64,000 nt of DNA from an uncultured Planctomycetales bacterium (GCA_964572155.1 CAZNDZ010000001.1:974290-1038289), one strand, 5' to 3'. Counted from the stretch's first letter, positions 9,450-20,326 are shown. Translations and numbers: made by a program. Notes: a model not told the origin generated them from the letters alone.

Positions 9450-10559
9450 GTGTCAACTATGCCTACATCAAAGATGTCAGAAATTGCCAACCTAGGTCAA
9501 AGTTTATGGATTGATAATATCAGCCGTTCCATGATCGAGGGAGGTCAATTAAAGTCTTTGATTGAAAAAGGTTTACGCGGTCAAACATCAAATCCTACCA
9601 TTTTTAAACAAGCCATATCGACGAGCAATGATTATGATGGGCGCATTGTTGAACTAACGCAAAAGGGTAAGAGTATTTTCGAAGTCTATGATGTGCTCAC
9701 GATCAAAGATGTTCAAGATGCCGCAGATTTATTTGCGGGTGTCTATAAAGAAACAAAGGGTTTGGATGGTTATGTGAGTTTAGAAATTAACCCCAAACTT
9801 GCCAATCAATATGAAGCCCAGTTAGCTGAAGGTGTGCGTTTATGGAAGGCCTTGGCTCGTCCCAATGTCATGATCAAGGTGCCTGCGACAAAAAACGGCT
9901 GTAAGGTCGTTGCTGATTTGATAGGGCAAGGCATCAATGTGAATGTAACATTAATTTTCTCCGCTGAGCAATATAGCGACGTTGAAAGAGCATATATCAA
10001 AGGTTTACAAACCTTAGCAGCCAAAAAAGGTGATTTATCAAAAGTAAGATCCGTCGCCAGTGTCTTCGTTAGCCGTTTAGATACAGCTATTGATAAATGG
10101 TTGGATGATAATAAGCAAAGTGCATTACGTGGCAAAGCTGCGGTCGCTAATTGTGAAATCATTTACCATAAATACACCACGGCTTTTTCAAGCGCTGAGT
10201 TTAAAGCATTGCAAGCCAACGGAGCGCATGAGCAACGCGTTCTATGGGCATCGACGGGAACCAAAGATGCGGCGTATAGTGATGTGAAATATATCAATGA
10301 GTTAATTGCTAAGAATACTGTTAATACTGTTCCAGATAAAACTCTAGAAGCATACTGCGATCATGGGACAGTCAAGATCGCTTTACCTGCCAATGTATCT
10401 CAAGCGCAACATCATGTTGAAGCTTTGCGCCAACTCGGCATTGATCCTAACGTTGTTTGTTCGAAGTTGTTAGAAGATGGGTTGATTGCTTTCGAGAAAT
10501 CTTTCGAAGAGTTGATGGCGTCCATCGAAGCTAAATCCCAGACTTTAGCCAAACGCTAA
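9450..10559 (+). CDS. tal: transaldolase
   Basis: GQTSNPTIF motif, Schiff-base Lys region; SD AGGAG upstream; follows tkt genes (pentose phosphate operon). Confidence 0.8.
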   Translation: MSTMPTSKMSEIANLGQSLWIDNISRSMIEGGQLKSLIEKGLRGQTSNPTIFKQAISTSNDYDGRIVELTQKGKSIFEVYDVLTIKDVQDAADLFAGVYKETKGLDGYVSLEINPKLANQYEAQLAEGVRLWKALARPNVMIKVPATKNGCKVVADLIGQGINVNVTLIFSAEQYSDVERAYIKGLQTLAAKKGDLSKVRSVASVFVSRLDTAIDKWLDDNKQSALRGKAAVANCEIIYHKYTTAFSSAEFKALQANGAHEQRVLWASTGTKDAAYSDVKYINELIAKNTVNTVPDKTLEAYCDHGTVKIALPANVSQAQHHVEALRQLGIDPNVVCSKLLEDGLIAFEKSFEELMASIEAKSQTLAKR

Positions 10560-10647
10560 AAAACTCAAAAAATCAATTTTTTTAAACAACCTCACGTTTA
10601 TAATAAAGGTAGTTATTCTTTATACCAACGATAAACGAGGAGGTTTC

Positions 10648-11331
10648 ATGAGTTCATTAGAAATGATTTTGCTTCCACCAACGAAAATACTTTTGGCGCA
10701 GATGACGCAATTTGTAAGTAGTTTGTTGTTGGTAACGATCTTGTTGTTAATTGGTTGGATCATTTCGAACTTCGTTATTAAGAGTGGTATTACAAATTTA
10801 TTGAAAGTGCTTAAAACAGATAAAATCGCCGATCGTTTAGAAATCGATCGCATTTTATCCAAGGGTGGGATCAATATCCCATTATCAGAGTTGGTTGGTA
10901 ACATTTGTTATTGGTTATCCATGTTGATTACCTTTGTTGTGGCGGTCAATGCGGTTGGATTAACGGTCGCAGCACAATTGTTAGAACGCATTGTCTTGTA
11001 CGTTCCAAATATTATCTCAGCTGTGTTTATTTTAGTTATCGGTATCTTTGTTTCAGCGCTCTTAAAGAATGTCGTTAAGACCGCTACAAGCAATGCTGGT
11101 ATTTCGCAATCGAATTTCTTAAGTTCTATTGCTGAAACAGTGGTCATCATCTTTGCTGTTGCGATCGCTATGGAACAATTGCAAATTGGCGCGCGCATTG
11201 TAGAACTTACCATCAGCATTGTTTTGGGATCCATTGGTTTAGGATTTGCTATTGCTTTTGGTTTGGGCTGCAAAGATTTGGTTGGCAAAACCGTTACGCA
11301 ATTCATCGATAAGTTGAAAAAAGAAAAATAA
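10648..11331 (+). CDS. integral membrane protein with repeated conserved TM helices (MscS-associated TM_helix-like)
   Basis: 227 aa, several hydrophobic helices with repeated pattern; SD GAGGAGG upstream. Confidence 0.45.
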   Translation: MSSLEMILLPPTKILLAQMTQFVSSLLLVTILLLIGWIISNFVIKSGITNLLKVLKTDKIADRLEIDRILSKGGINIPLSELVGNICYWLSMLITFVVAVNAVGLTVAAQLLERIVLYVPNIISAVFILVIGIFVSALLKNVVKTATSNAGISQSNFLSSIAETVVIIFAVAIAMEQLQIGARIVELTISIVLGSIGLGFAIAFGLGCKDLVGKTVTQFIDKLKKEK

Positions 11332-11353
11332 TCGACGTACATCATTAAAAAGA

Positions 11354-11383
11354 AGAGGCTCATTTTGTGGGCCTCTTTTTTTT
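11354..11383 (+). terminator. Rho-independent terminator
   Basis: AGAGGC..GCCTCT 6-bp stem followed by T8 run immediately after 10648..11331 gene. Confidence 0.6.
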
Positions 11384-11430
11384 ATCATTCTTTTCTAGAT
11401 AAGAGTAAAGGAGTGTATTAAACTTACAGT

Positions 11431-12912
11431 ATGGATCCTTGGGGCAACATAACTTCTCTAAACTATAGAGAAATCAAACAGTTACAGAATAAAAAGCTGC
11501 ATCATTTTCTAAACACCAACGTATATCCGTTTAGTCCGCATTACCAAAAATTTTTTGATGATCATAAGATTAATCCGAAGAAAATTCATAGCATTGAAGA
11601 TTTAAAAGATCTTCCATTTTCGACAAAAGCTGACTTGATGACAAAGGAAAGCCCTGCCAAGTACAAAGATTTTATCTTGCAGCCGGATCAAGCGAAGATA
11701 AAAAAATATTGGCCGAAAGTCACGTTATTGGATATGGCGGCAGAGTCGTTGATTTATGGGAAACAGCAAGTCGCTGATCGTTTAGGAAGAGAATACCGAC
11801 CGATCTTTATGACTTTTACAACAGGCACCACCAGCTGGCCAGTGGCATTTTTATATAGCCGTTATGATTTAGATAATTTGAACTTGTCGGGTAATCGCAT
11901 GATCAAGTTATTTGATATTAAGCCTGAAGAACGCATCATGAATATTTTTCCTTTTGCGCCGCATTTAGCGTTTTGGCAAGTATTCTTTGGCGCCGTCGAA
12001 GGTAATGTTTTTGCGTTAAGTACCGGTGGTGGCAAAGTGATGGGTACAGATGGAAACTTAACGGCGTTAAGCCGTATACAATCGTCGGTTATTTTAGGCG
12101 TGCCTAGTTACATTTATCATTTGATCCGTTATGCTCAAGACAAGGGGCAAGATCTTTCGTTTTTGAAGAAAATTGTTTTAGGTGCCGGCAAAGTTACTGT
12201 TAATTATAAACAAAAACTTTCTGAGATGTTGGCAAGACAAGGTGCAAAAGATGTGCGCATTTTTGGGACCTATGGGTTTACCGAAGCGCGTAGCGCATGG
12301 GCTGAATGTCCGGCGGAAAATCATTTATCAAGCGGCTATCATTTATATCCAGATAAAGAAATCTTTGAAATCATCGATCCTGATACAGGCAAAGTGAAGG
12401 GTTTAGGGGAAGATGGTGAGATCGTTTATACGTCGATCGATTCCCGTGCCAGTGTTGTGTTGCGTTATCGCACAGGTGACTATGTTAAGGGTGGTCTTGT
12501 CCATGACGTATGTCCTTACTGCAAGCGTTTAACATTGCGTTTATCGAGTGATATTTCACGTTTATCAGATTCCAAAGATTTGCAACTGTCGAAAGTCAAG
12601 GGCACCTTGGTTAACTTAAATCATTTTGGCAATGTTTTAAATGACATTGCAGAAGTTGATGAATGGCAGATTGAAATTCGCAAGCATAACAATGATCCCT
12701 ATGAAGTCGACGAGGTGGTTGTCTATATCACACCTAAGGCAGGCGTTGTTCAAGAAGCTTGTGCGGCCATGATCAAAGACAAAATCATTGGTGCAACTGA
12801 GGTTGCTCCTAATGAAATCAAATTCATCCCTTTAAACGAAATGATTAAGAAGTTAGAACTTGAGACGGCTAATAAAGAAAAACGCATTCTAGATGTTCGA
12901 CCGAAAGGATAA
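11431..12912 (+). CDS. PaaK/F390-synthetase-like adenylate-forming (acyl-CoA) ligase
   Basis: 493 aa; FTTGTTS phosphate-loop-like motif, architecture of phenylacetate-CoA ligase family; first gene of beta-oxidation operon. Confidence 0.5.
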   Translation: MDPWGNITSLNYREIKQLQNKKLHHFLNTNVYPFSPHYQKFFDDHKINPKKIHSIEDLKDLPFSTKADLMTKESPAKYKDFILQPDQAKIKKYWPKVTLLDMAAESLIYGKQQVADRLGREYRPIFMTFTTGTTSWPVAFLYSRYDLDNLNLSGNRMIKLFDIKPEERIMNIFPFAPHLAFWQVFFGAVEGNVFALSTGGGKVMGTDGNLTALSRIQSSVILGVPSYIYHLIRYAQDKGQDLSFLKKIVLGAGKVTVNYKQKLSEMLARQGAKDVRIFGTYGFTEARSAWAECPAENHLSSGYHLYPDKEIFEIIDPDTGKVKGLGEDGEIVYTSIDSRASVVLRYRTGDYVKGGLVHDVCPYCKRLTLRLSSDISRLSDSKDLQLSKVKGTLVNLNHFGNVLNDIAEVDEWQIEIRKHNNDPYEVDEVVVYITPKAGVVQEACAAMIKDKIIGATEVAPNEIKFIPLNEMIKKLELETANKEKRILDVRPKG

Positions 12913-12915
12913 TAT

Positions 12916-14193
12916 ATGAAACGTATAGCCATTGTTGATGGGATCCGCACGCCATTTTGTAAAATGGGCACATCATTTAATTATTTAAGCGCTGTTGATT
13001 TGGGTCGCATTGCCTGCCGTGAATTGATCGAACGCACATCATTGGATGTAAAACAAATTGATGAAGTCATTTTGGGCTGCGTCGGACAACCGGCCGATGC
13101 CGCAAACATTGCGCGTGTGGTTGCTTTGCTTAGTGGTGTTCCAAAAACAGTGCCAGCCTTTACAGTTCATCGCAATTGTGCGTCGGGGATGGAAAGTGTT
13201 ATTGATGCGGCCATTAAGATTCAAGTTGGGGAAGCAGAATGTATTTTAGCCGGTGGTACAGAATCGATGAGCAATATCCCATTCTTTTATAGTAAAGAAA
13301 ACCAAGAGCTTTTTATGGAGCTCGGTCGCGCTAAAACCCCGCTTATGAAAATTCAAACATTATTAAAGTTTCGCCCAAGTAAATTATTAAACCCACGCAT
13401 TGGTCTGCAACTCGGGTTAACCGATCCTGCCTGTGGTTTAAATATGGGTCAAACCGCAGAGGTGTTGGCCAAAGAATTTGGGATCACTCGAGGGGAACAA
13501 GATAATTTTGCATTGCAAAGCCATCTAAAAGCTTTAGCCAGTAAGGCCATTTTGCGTGAAGAAATTGTGCCTGTTATTCCTGGGCCGAAATTTAAAGAAG
13601 CGGTGATCGATGACAATGGCCCACGCGAAGGTCAGACCATTGAAGCATTAACGAAATTAAAACCATTCTTTGAACGCAATACAGGGACAGTCACGGCGGG
13701 AAATTCATCTCAAGTGACCGATGGTGCTTGTGCAGTTTTGGTTATGAGTGAAGAAAAAGCCAGGGCTTTAGGCTATGAACCATTGGGTTATATCCGTTCT
13801 TTTGCCTTTGCCGGTGTGGAACCAAATCGTATGGGCATTGGGCCGGCGCATGCTATGCCCAAGGCACTCAAGAAGGCGGGTTTGAAATTATCAGATATGC
13901 AAGCCGTTGAAATCAACGAAGCCTTTGCTGTGCAAGTCCAAGCGTGTTTGAAAGCCATGGCATCTCCAAGTTTTGCCAAGGATTTTGGTTATGAAGGTAT
14001 TTTAGGCGACATTGATCCAAAGCGATTAAACGTTAACGGTGGTGCGGTTGCTTTAGGTCATCCCGTCGGTACAACAGGCGCGCGCTTGATTGTAACCTTG
14101 TTGAAACATTTAAAACGCAACAATTTAAATATTGGTATTGCTTCCTTGTGTATCGGTGGTGGGCAAGGTGCTGCCATTATTCTTGAAAGATAG
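12916..14193 (+). CDS. acetyl-CoA C-acyltransferase (thiolase)
   Basis: NCASGMES active-site Cys motif, C-terminal CIGGGQG motif. Confidence 0.85.
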   Translation: MKRIAIVDGIRTPFCKMGTSFNYLSAVDLGRIACRELIERTSLDVKQIDEVILGCVGQPADAANIARVVALLSGVPKTVPAFTVHRNCASGMESVIDAAIKIQVGEAECILAGGTESMSNIPFFYSKENQELFMELGRAKTPLMKIQTLLKFRPSKLLNPRIGLQLGLTDPACGLNMGQTAEVLAKEFGITRGEQDNFALQSHLKALASKAILREEIVPVIPGPKFKEAVIDDNGPREGQTIEALTKLKPFFERNTGTVTAGNSSQVTDGACAVLVMSEEKARALGYEPLGYIRSFAFAGVEPNRMGIGPAHAMPKALKKAGLKLSDMQAVEINEAFAVQVQACLKAMASPSFAKDFGYEGILGDIDPKRLNVNGGAVALGHPVGTTGARLIVTLLKHLKRNNLNIGIASLCIGGGQGAAIILER

Positions 14194-14201
14194 GACATTG
14201 C

Positions 14202-15623
14202 ATGCGTTATAAAATCATGTTGATGATGACGGTTGTCTTTATATCGACCCAGTGCCACGCAGGTACTTTAACAAGCACCATTAGTGATCAAGACGCTGTG
14301 GAGGTGACTGTCTATAATAGTAACTTGGGCTTGGTCAAAGACACGCGTCATTTTAAAGTAAACAGCGGAGTTAATGAATTACGTTTTATGGACGTGGCCT
14401 CTTCTATTATGCCTCAGACGGTGCAAATAAAACCTTTAGATAATGTTGATGCATTTTCTGTTTTAGAACAGAATTATGAATATGATCTGATGGATTCTAA
14501 TAAATTAATGGATAAGTACGTCGGGAAAAGCATTAGATTGATGACAAAAAATCCTTACCAAGATAAGACGGATATTGTTGAGGCGACTTTGCTGAGTAAC
14601 AATAACGGCCCGATTTACAAAATTGGCGATGAAATTTATTTGAATTATGGTGGTTCACCTATACTGCCAAAGATTCCTGAGAATTTGGTATCAAAGCCGA
14701 CGCTGACATGGTTATACAAATCTAAAACAGATGCTAAGCAAAATGTGCAAGTTTCCTATTTAACCAATGGCATAGGTTGGAAGGCAGATTATATCCTAGT
14801 GACAAATAAGGAAGATAATGGCGCTGATTTAAGTGGTTGGGTGACATTGGATAATAATAGCGGCGCAGAATATAAAAATGCCAAATTAAAACTTGTTGCT
14901 GGGAATGTAAACCGAGTACAAGACATGCGAGCTAATGTTGGCTATTTGAAAGCTGCCAGAGCGATGGCCATGGAAAGTGATGCGGCAGGAGGGTTTCAAG
15001 AACAATCATTTTTTGAATATCATATTTATGATTTACAACGCAAGACCACCATTAAGAATAATCAAAGTAAGCAAGTAAGTTTGCTAGAAGCTTCAAAGAT
15101 TAAAGTAGAAAAAGAATTTATGGTGCAAGCGGATCAAAATTATTTCTGGGGAAATTATGGTGGGCAAGAATTAAAGCAGCCGGTTAATGTCTACTTGAAG
15201 TTCAAGAACTCAAAAGAAAATCATATGGGGATGCCGTTGCCAGCTGGGACCATGCGTTTGTATAAGGAAGATGGTCAAAAGAGTTTGCAGTTTATTGGTG
15301 AAGACGCTATCAAGCATACACCCAAGGATGAAGATGTTGAGATTAAAGTGGGTGAAGCTTTTGATGTGGTGGCAAAACGTGTCCAAATGAATTTTGTGCA
15401 GCGTTCTAATTATTTTGAGATGACGTGGGAATTAACGGTTCGTAATCACAAAGAAGAAGATATTACGGTTGGCTTTAAGGAGCCCCTTTATGGTGATTGG
15501 AAAATCACCTCCAGCAGTCATTCATATAAAAAGCTTGATGCAAATTCAGCACGTTTTGATGTTGCCGTACCAAAAGATGGTGAAGTCAAGGTAAGTTATA
15601 CCGTTAATATCCGACGCAACTAA
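14202..15623 (+). CDS. secreted hypothetical protein (signal peptide; DUF4139-like)
   Basis: 473 aa; N-terminal MMTVVFISTQCHA signal; embedded between thiolase and FadB genes. Confidence 0.45.
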   Translation: MRYKIMLMMTVVFISTQCHAGTLTSTISDQDAVEVTVYNSNLGLVKDTRHFKVNSGVNELRFMDVASSIMPQTVQIKPLDNVDAFSVLEQNYEYDLMDSNKLMDKYVGKSIRLMTKNPYQDKTDIVEATLLSNNNGPIYKIGDEIYLNYGGSPILPKIPENLVSKPTLTWLYKSKTDAKQNVQVSYLTNGIGWKADYILVTNKEDNGADLSGWVTLDNNSGAEYKNAKLKLVAGNVNRVQDMRANVGYLKAARAMAMESDAAGGFQEQSFFEYHIYDLQRKTTIKNNQSKQVSLLEASKIKVEKEFMVQADQNYFWGNYGGQELKQPVNVYLKFKNSKENHMGMPLPAGTMRLYKEDGQKSLQFIGEDAIKHTPKDEDVEIKVGEAFDVVAKRVQMNFVQRSNYFEMTWELTVRNHKEEDITVGFKEPLYGDWKITSSSHSYKKLDANSARFDVAVPKDGEVKVSYTVNIRRN

Positions 15624-15628
15624 CAGGA

Positions 15629-17752
15629 GTGTCTATGTCTATTCTTTATCGAGAAGAAGCAGGTATTGGTTATATCACATTTGACCAGCCAGACTCTAAA
15701 GTGAATGTCTTAAGTTCAGCTGTCTTAACCGCATTTGAAAAGATCATTGATGAATTTAAGTCTGTGTCAGCGATTAAGGTGTTGGTCATTCAAAGTGCGA
15801 AGAAAGATATTTTTATTGCAGGCGCGGATATTAAAGAAATTGAAACCATGACGGAAGTGGCCGATGCGAAATCAAAGTCTCAAGCGGGTCAGCGCATTTT
15901 AAATAAGTTAGAAGATTTGCCAATCCCGACGGTGGCGGTCATTGATGGTGCTGCGTTGGGTGGTGGTTGTGAATTAGCGCTTGCCTGTACATATCGTGTG
16001 GCAACGTTTAGTGATAAAGTGCGCATTGGTTTGCCAGAAGTTAATTTAGGGTTTGTCCCTGGGTTTGGTGGCACGTACCGTTTACCGCGTTTGGTTGGTC
16101 TGCAAGGTGCGTTAAAGTTAATTTTAGCAGGTGCGCCCATCGACGCGAATGCATCACTCAAGATGGGATTGGTTGACGCGCTTTATCCTCAAACAGGTTT
16201 GAATGTGCGTGTGCGTGAATTTGCCTTAGCCGCAGGTGCAAGTCCTCGTAAATGCATTGTTAAAAGACCCGTTAAACGCGGTTTTGATGCATTCCTCGAC
16301 AACAATGCTTTTGGCCAAGACATTGTTTTTGGTAAATCAAAAGAAGGTGTGCTCAAAGCCACAAAAGGTTTTTATCCAGCACCGTTGAAAGCCTTAGAAG
16401 TTGTTAAACGTACGATTGCCTTAAAACGTCCTTACGCATTAGATATTGAGTCGAGTGCTTTTGCAGAATTAGCGGTTACGCCTATCTCAAAAAATCTGGT
16501 TAAAGTATTTTATCTATCTGAGAAATATAAGAAATTAACAGTGCAAGGTGCTGACAATATAAAGCCACATCCTGTAAAAAAAGGCGCGGTCATTGGTGCT
16601 GGGATTATGGGCGGTGGGATAGCACAGTTGTTATCAAATCGTGGGGTGTGGGTGCGCATCAAGGATATTAACTACGATGCCATTGCCAAGGGTTTGAAGG
16701 CTGCTTTTGATGTTTATAATGGGGCGCTTAAACGTCGCAAGCTAAAGCCTGCGGATATGAATATTAAGATGTCCATGATTAGTGGCACGCTTGATTACAG
16801 TGGTTTTAAAGATGCGGACATCGTCATTGAAGCGGTTGTGGAGAATATGGACATCAAGAAAAAAGTTTTTGGGGAATTGGGTAATTATGTTAATGGCAAT
16901 ACGATTTTGGCAACGAATACATCGTCGCTGTCTGTTAGAGAAATGGCCAGTGTTGCTAAGGATCCGTCTAAGGTTATTGGTTTCCATTTTTTTAATCCCG
17001 TGCATCGCATGCCGTTGATTGAAATCATCACCACACCAAGTACTTCTCAAGAAACCTTGGTATCAACGCTTGAGTTTGCAAAACGTTTAGGGAAAGTGCC
17101 CATTATTGTCAAAGATGGCCCTGGGTTTTTGGTTAATCGCATCTTATTAGCCTATATTAATGAAGCAGGTCGTATCTTAGAAGATGGAGCTAGCATTGAA
17201 ACAGTCGATCGTTTGGCTGTGAAATTTGGCATGCCCATGGGGCCTTTTACTTTGGCCGATGAGGTTGGTCTTGACGTGGGGGTAAAAGTATTGCATATTT
17301 TAGAGGCAGGTTTAGGTGAGAGATTTAAGGCAGTGTCTATCTTTGATAAAGTTCTTGAGAAGAAGTTGCTTGGCAAGAAATCTGGTAAAGGTTTTTATAT
17401 TCATGGCAAAGAGCGTGTGATTAACCCTGAAGTAAATGGGTTGGTGCGCAGTGGATCAGGGGTAGGTGAGCAAGACGCGATTGACCGCATGATGTATATC
17501 ATGATCAATGAAGCCGCGATGATCATTGAAGAAGGCATTGTTGACAGTGCCGATACCGTCGATGTTGGTATGATCATGGGCACAGGGTTTCCACCATTTC
17601 GAGGTGGTTTGTTACGGTATGCCGATAGCATTGGCATAGAGACATTGGTTAAGAATATGGAAGCCTTTGAAGCGCATTTTAAAGACGGGCGTTTTAAACC
17701 ATGTGGGTATTTACAAATTTTAAGAAGAGAAGGAAAGAATTTCTATAATTAA
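15629..17752 (+). CDS. fatty acid oxidation complex alpha subunit (enoyl-CoA hydratase / 3-hydroxyacyl-CoA dehydrogenase)
   Basis: 707 aa; N-terminal crotonase fold (AGADIKE), central GAGIMGGGIA NAD-binding motif of 3-HCDH. Confidence 0.85.
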   Translation: MSMSILYREEAGIGYITFDQPDSKVNVLSSAVLTAFEKIIDEFKSVSAIKVLVIQSAKKDIFIAGADIKEIETMTEVADAKSKSQAGQRILNKLEDLPIPTVAVIDGAALGGGCELALACTYRVATFSDKVRIGLPEVNLGFVPGFGGTYRLPRLVGLQGALKLILAGAPIDANASLKMGLVDALYPQTGLNVRVREFALAAGASPRKCIVKRPVKRGFDAFLDNNAFGQDIVFGKSKEGVLKATKGFYPAPLKALEVVKRTIALKRPYALDIESSAFAELAVTPISKNLVKVFYLSEKYKKLTVQGADNIKPHPVKKGAVIGAGIMGGGIAQLLSNRGVWVRIKDINYDAIAKGLKAAFDVYNGALKRRKLKPADMNIKMSMISGTLDYSGFKDADIVIEAVVENMDIKKKVFGELGNYVNGNTILATNTSSLSVREMASVAKDPSKVIGFHFFNPVHRMPLIEIITTPSTSQETLVSTLEFAKRLGKVPIIVKDGPGFLVNRILLAYINEAGRILEDGASIETVDRLAVKFGMPMGPFTLADEVGLDVGVKVLHILEAGLGERFKAVSIFDKVLEKKLLGKKSGKGFYIHGKERVINPEVNGLVRSGSGVGEQDAIDRMMYIMINEAAMIIEEGIVDSADTVDVGMIMGTGFPPFRGGLLRYADSIGIETLVKNMEAFEAHFKDGRFKPCGYLQILRREGKNFYN

Positions 17753-17753
17753 C

Positions 17754-18314
17754 ATGGACGCAGAATTAAAACGTAAAATCTTGTTTTGGATTGCCACCAG
17801 TTTAGGGGTTATTCTTATTGGTTTGATATTCTGGTATTTATCTAATATTGGGCAATATCATCGTTACCGTGATGATATGTATAAGTTTAGCATCAGCTTT
17901 CCTAAACGTTGGTCCTACAAGATTCATCCAGAGCCAGGTGGGGCAATTTTATTTGTAGCGCCACAAGAACGCGTCGATGAAACCTTTACGGCGACGATCA
18001 ATGTTGCTGTCCAAGTGTTGCCGTCGAATATCGCTTCATTAAGAGATCTAACAGAGACGGTTACAAAGCAAATGAAGGGTGTGTTTAATAATCTAACTGT
18101 TGAGAAATCTGTCCCTGTTCAAATGGGCGATCGTAAAGCGTGGATGATGGTTTTTGCTGCAGAAAAGCCGGAGCCAATCAAGATATTAACCGTCTGGACA
18201 ATTCGCGACGCTGAAAAAGCTTACATCTTAACCTACTTGACCAAAACACCAACTTACCCAAAGTATTTGCCTTACGTTGAGTACATGATGAAAAGTTTTA
18301 AGACGTTTAAATAA
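17754..18314 (+). CDS. membrane-anchored hypothetical protein
   Basis: 186 aa; one N-terminal TM helix then soluble domain. Confidence 0.4.
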   Translation: MDAELKRKILFWIATSLGVILIGLIFWYLSNIGQYHRYRDDMYKFSISFPKRWSYKIHPEPGGAILFVAPQERVDETFTATINVAVQVLPSNIASLRDLTETVTKQMKGVFNNLTVEKSVPVQMGDRKAWMMVFAAEKPEPIKILTVWTIRDAEKAYILTYLTKTPTYPKYLPYVEYMMKSFKTFK

Positions 18315-18318
18315 TCTA

Positions 18319-18990
18319 CTATTTAATAAATATCCGTAGCAATCTAAGAACAATTATAAATACGACGAGGATGATGATGGGTGGCGCGCTGCCTGCCCAC
18401 ATGGCAGGGCATATTTGCCCAGTAAAGAGGCGGTACCAAAGAATATAAATAACAACAGCGCTGATGCCAGCAATGATCATGTGTTGGATGTTTAAGTCTT
18501 TGGGTGGTGTTGAGCGTTCTGTCTTACTAGGGCAACCAATCTGTTGAGCAATTTTATCCGCCGTCGGTTTAAGGTCTGCAGCATTCTTTGACGCTTTATG
18601 CATCAAATATGTAGTATTATCTTTTGTGCGTAGTTGTAAATGAAATGCTGTAGGTGATGGTTCGTCCTCGCTGTACATTTCATATTCAATGATCTCAATG
18701 GATTGGATATGATCAAAGGGAATAATGGTATCGTTGTTAGTAAAGCGCGTTTGTTTGGTTATTTTAATATTTTTCGAATTTGGATTAATGGTGATGGTTT
18801 GTTTAAAGTTAGAGATGACACTATAAACCCATCCACCTAAGAATAGCATCCCTATCCATAAAAGGATGGGGGGTGTTGTTAAAAATAACCCAGCTAAAGT
18901 CATGCCAAGGCCAAATAAGCCAATAAATAATGTAGCGAGTTCGTCTTTTTTAACATCGCCTTCAATGGTCATGATTTCTAAGTTGTTCAT
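18319..18990 (-). CDS. hypothetical membrane protein
   Basis: 223 aa; three hydrophobic segments. Confidence 0.4.
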   Translation of the reverse strand: MNNLEIMTIEGDVKKDELATLFIGLFGLGMTLAGLFLTTPPILLWIGMLFLGGWVYSVISNFKQTITINPNSKNIKITKQTRFTNNDTIIPFDHIQSIEIIEYEMYSEDEPSPTAFHLQLRTKDNTTYLMHKASKNAADLKPTADKIAQQIGCPSKTERSTPPKDLNIQHMIIAGISAVVIYILWYRLFTGQICPAMWAGSAPPIIILVVFIIVLRLLRIFIK

Positions 18991-18999
18991 AGCAAATTT

Positions 19000-19644
19000 T
19001 TATAAGCCCATACGGTCGGTTAAGAATTCTTGCATGGATCGGCTGTTTAAATAGTGATTGGTGCGCAGTTGGTGGCCGATTGTATCCGTCGGGGTGGGGC
19101 CGTAGTTATGGCCGGGATAAACGATGGTCTCGGGGGGTAGTTTGGCAATCACGGTCGATAGGCTTTTGTACATGACTTTCGCGTCGCCCCCAGGTAGGTC
19201 GCATCGGCCGCATCCGTCGATAAATAAGGTGTCTCCGCTAATCAATTTGCCTTGAGCTAAGAATACTTGGCAACCTGGGGTGTGGCCAGGGGTGTGAAGG
19301 ACGTCGAAAACAATATTGCCAACAGTTAAGTTTGCTTTGTCGTCAATCGGGACTAAGTTCTTTAAGTTTTTGGTTAAGAAGGGGGCTTCATGTTTCGAAA
19401 TATACACAGGCATGTCTTTAAATGCTAATGCCTGAGGCAGGCCATTAACATGATCAGGATGAGCGTGGGTTAAAAAAACGCTTGTGATGTTATATTCGAG
19501 GCGTTTGGCTTCACTTAATAGAAAAGGCACGTCCCATGCTGGGTCCACCATTGTCATTTCCTTAGTCGATGGATCGCCTAAGAGATAAAGAAAGTTATTG
19601 AGTGGTCCGATTTCGTATTGCGCAATGAACAGTTGATTTTTCAT
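19000..19644 (-). CDS. MBL-fold metallo-hydrolase (glyoxalase II-like)
   Basis: THAHPDH motif (HxHxDH), downstream His/Asp ligands. Confidence 0.75.
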   Translation of the reverse strand: MKNQLFIAQYEIGPLNNFLYLLGDPSTKEMTMVDPAWDVPFLLSEAKRLEYNITSVFLTHAHPDHVNGLPQALAFKDMPVYISKHEAPFLTKNLKNLVPIDDKANLTVGNIVFDVLHTPGHTPGCQVFLAQGKLISGDTLFIDGCGRCDLPGGDAKVMYKSLSTVIAKLPPETIVYPGHNYGPTPTDTIGHQLRTNHYLNSRSMQEFLTDRMGL

Positions 19645-19706
19645 ATGGTTTATTTATACTTGGGGTTGTTGATTTAATCAAGTGTTATATAAAAGAAAGG
19701 GAGTAT

Positions 19707-20258
19707 ATGGCTTTATTAGAGTCGATCAAGATCCCGCTAGGTACTGTGATCCCATCATTTGAATTAAAAGATGCGTTAGGAAAATCGTACACCTCAGATG
19801 CCATATTTGGTGAACGTGGCCTTTTGGTTGTTTTTACCTGCAATCATTGCCCATACGCGTTAGCCGTATGGCCAAGGGTGGTGCGTTTGGCAAATTATGG
19901 TAAAGGCATGCGCGTTAATACTGTTGCCATTAATCCAAATATTAATCCTAATTTTCCCGACGATGCTCCAGATAAAATGGTGATCAAGGTCAAAGAATTG
20001 GGCATTGAATTTCCTTACCTTGTTGATGCAACACAAAAGGTGGCTAATGATTTTAAAGCCCAATGTACGCCAGATATTTACTTGTTCGATAAGAGCAAAA
20101 AGTTGGTTTACCACGGTCGTATTGATGATAATTGGAAAGATGAAAACGCGGTGACCCGTGAAGAATTAAAAGAAGCGATGAATAATATGGCGGCTGGCCG
20201 TGCCATTGATCCAAAACAAAATCCTTCCATGGGATGTTCGATTAAATGGAATGATTAG
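19707..20258 (+). CDS. thioredoxin-fold redoxin (AhpC/TSA-redoxin family, CxxC)
   Basis: FTCNHCPYA CxxC motif; 183 aa. Confidence 0.6.
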   Translation: MALLESIKIPLGTVIPSFELKDALGKSYTSDAIFGERGLLVVFTCNHCPYALAVWPRVVRLANYGKGMRVNTVAINPNINPNFPDDAPDKMVIKVKELGIEFPYLVDATQKVANDFKAQCTPDIYLFDKSKKLVYHGRIDDNWKDENAVTREELKEAMNNMAAGRAIDPKQNPSMGCSIKWND

Positions 20259-20274
20259 TTTTATTTCCTAAAGT

Positions 20275-20300
20275 AACCCTGTAAAAAGGGTTGCTTTTTT
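20275..20300 (+). terminator. Rho-independent terminator
   Basis: AACCCT-GTAAAA-AGGGTT hairpin followed by GCTTTTTT after redoxin gene. Confidence 0.6.
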
Positions 20301-20326
20301 ATTTATTAAATGATACAGTGTCTCAT

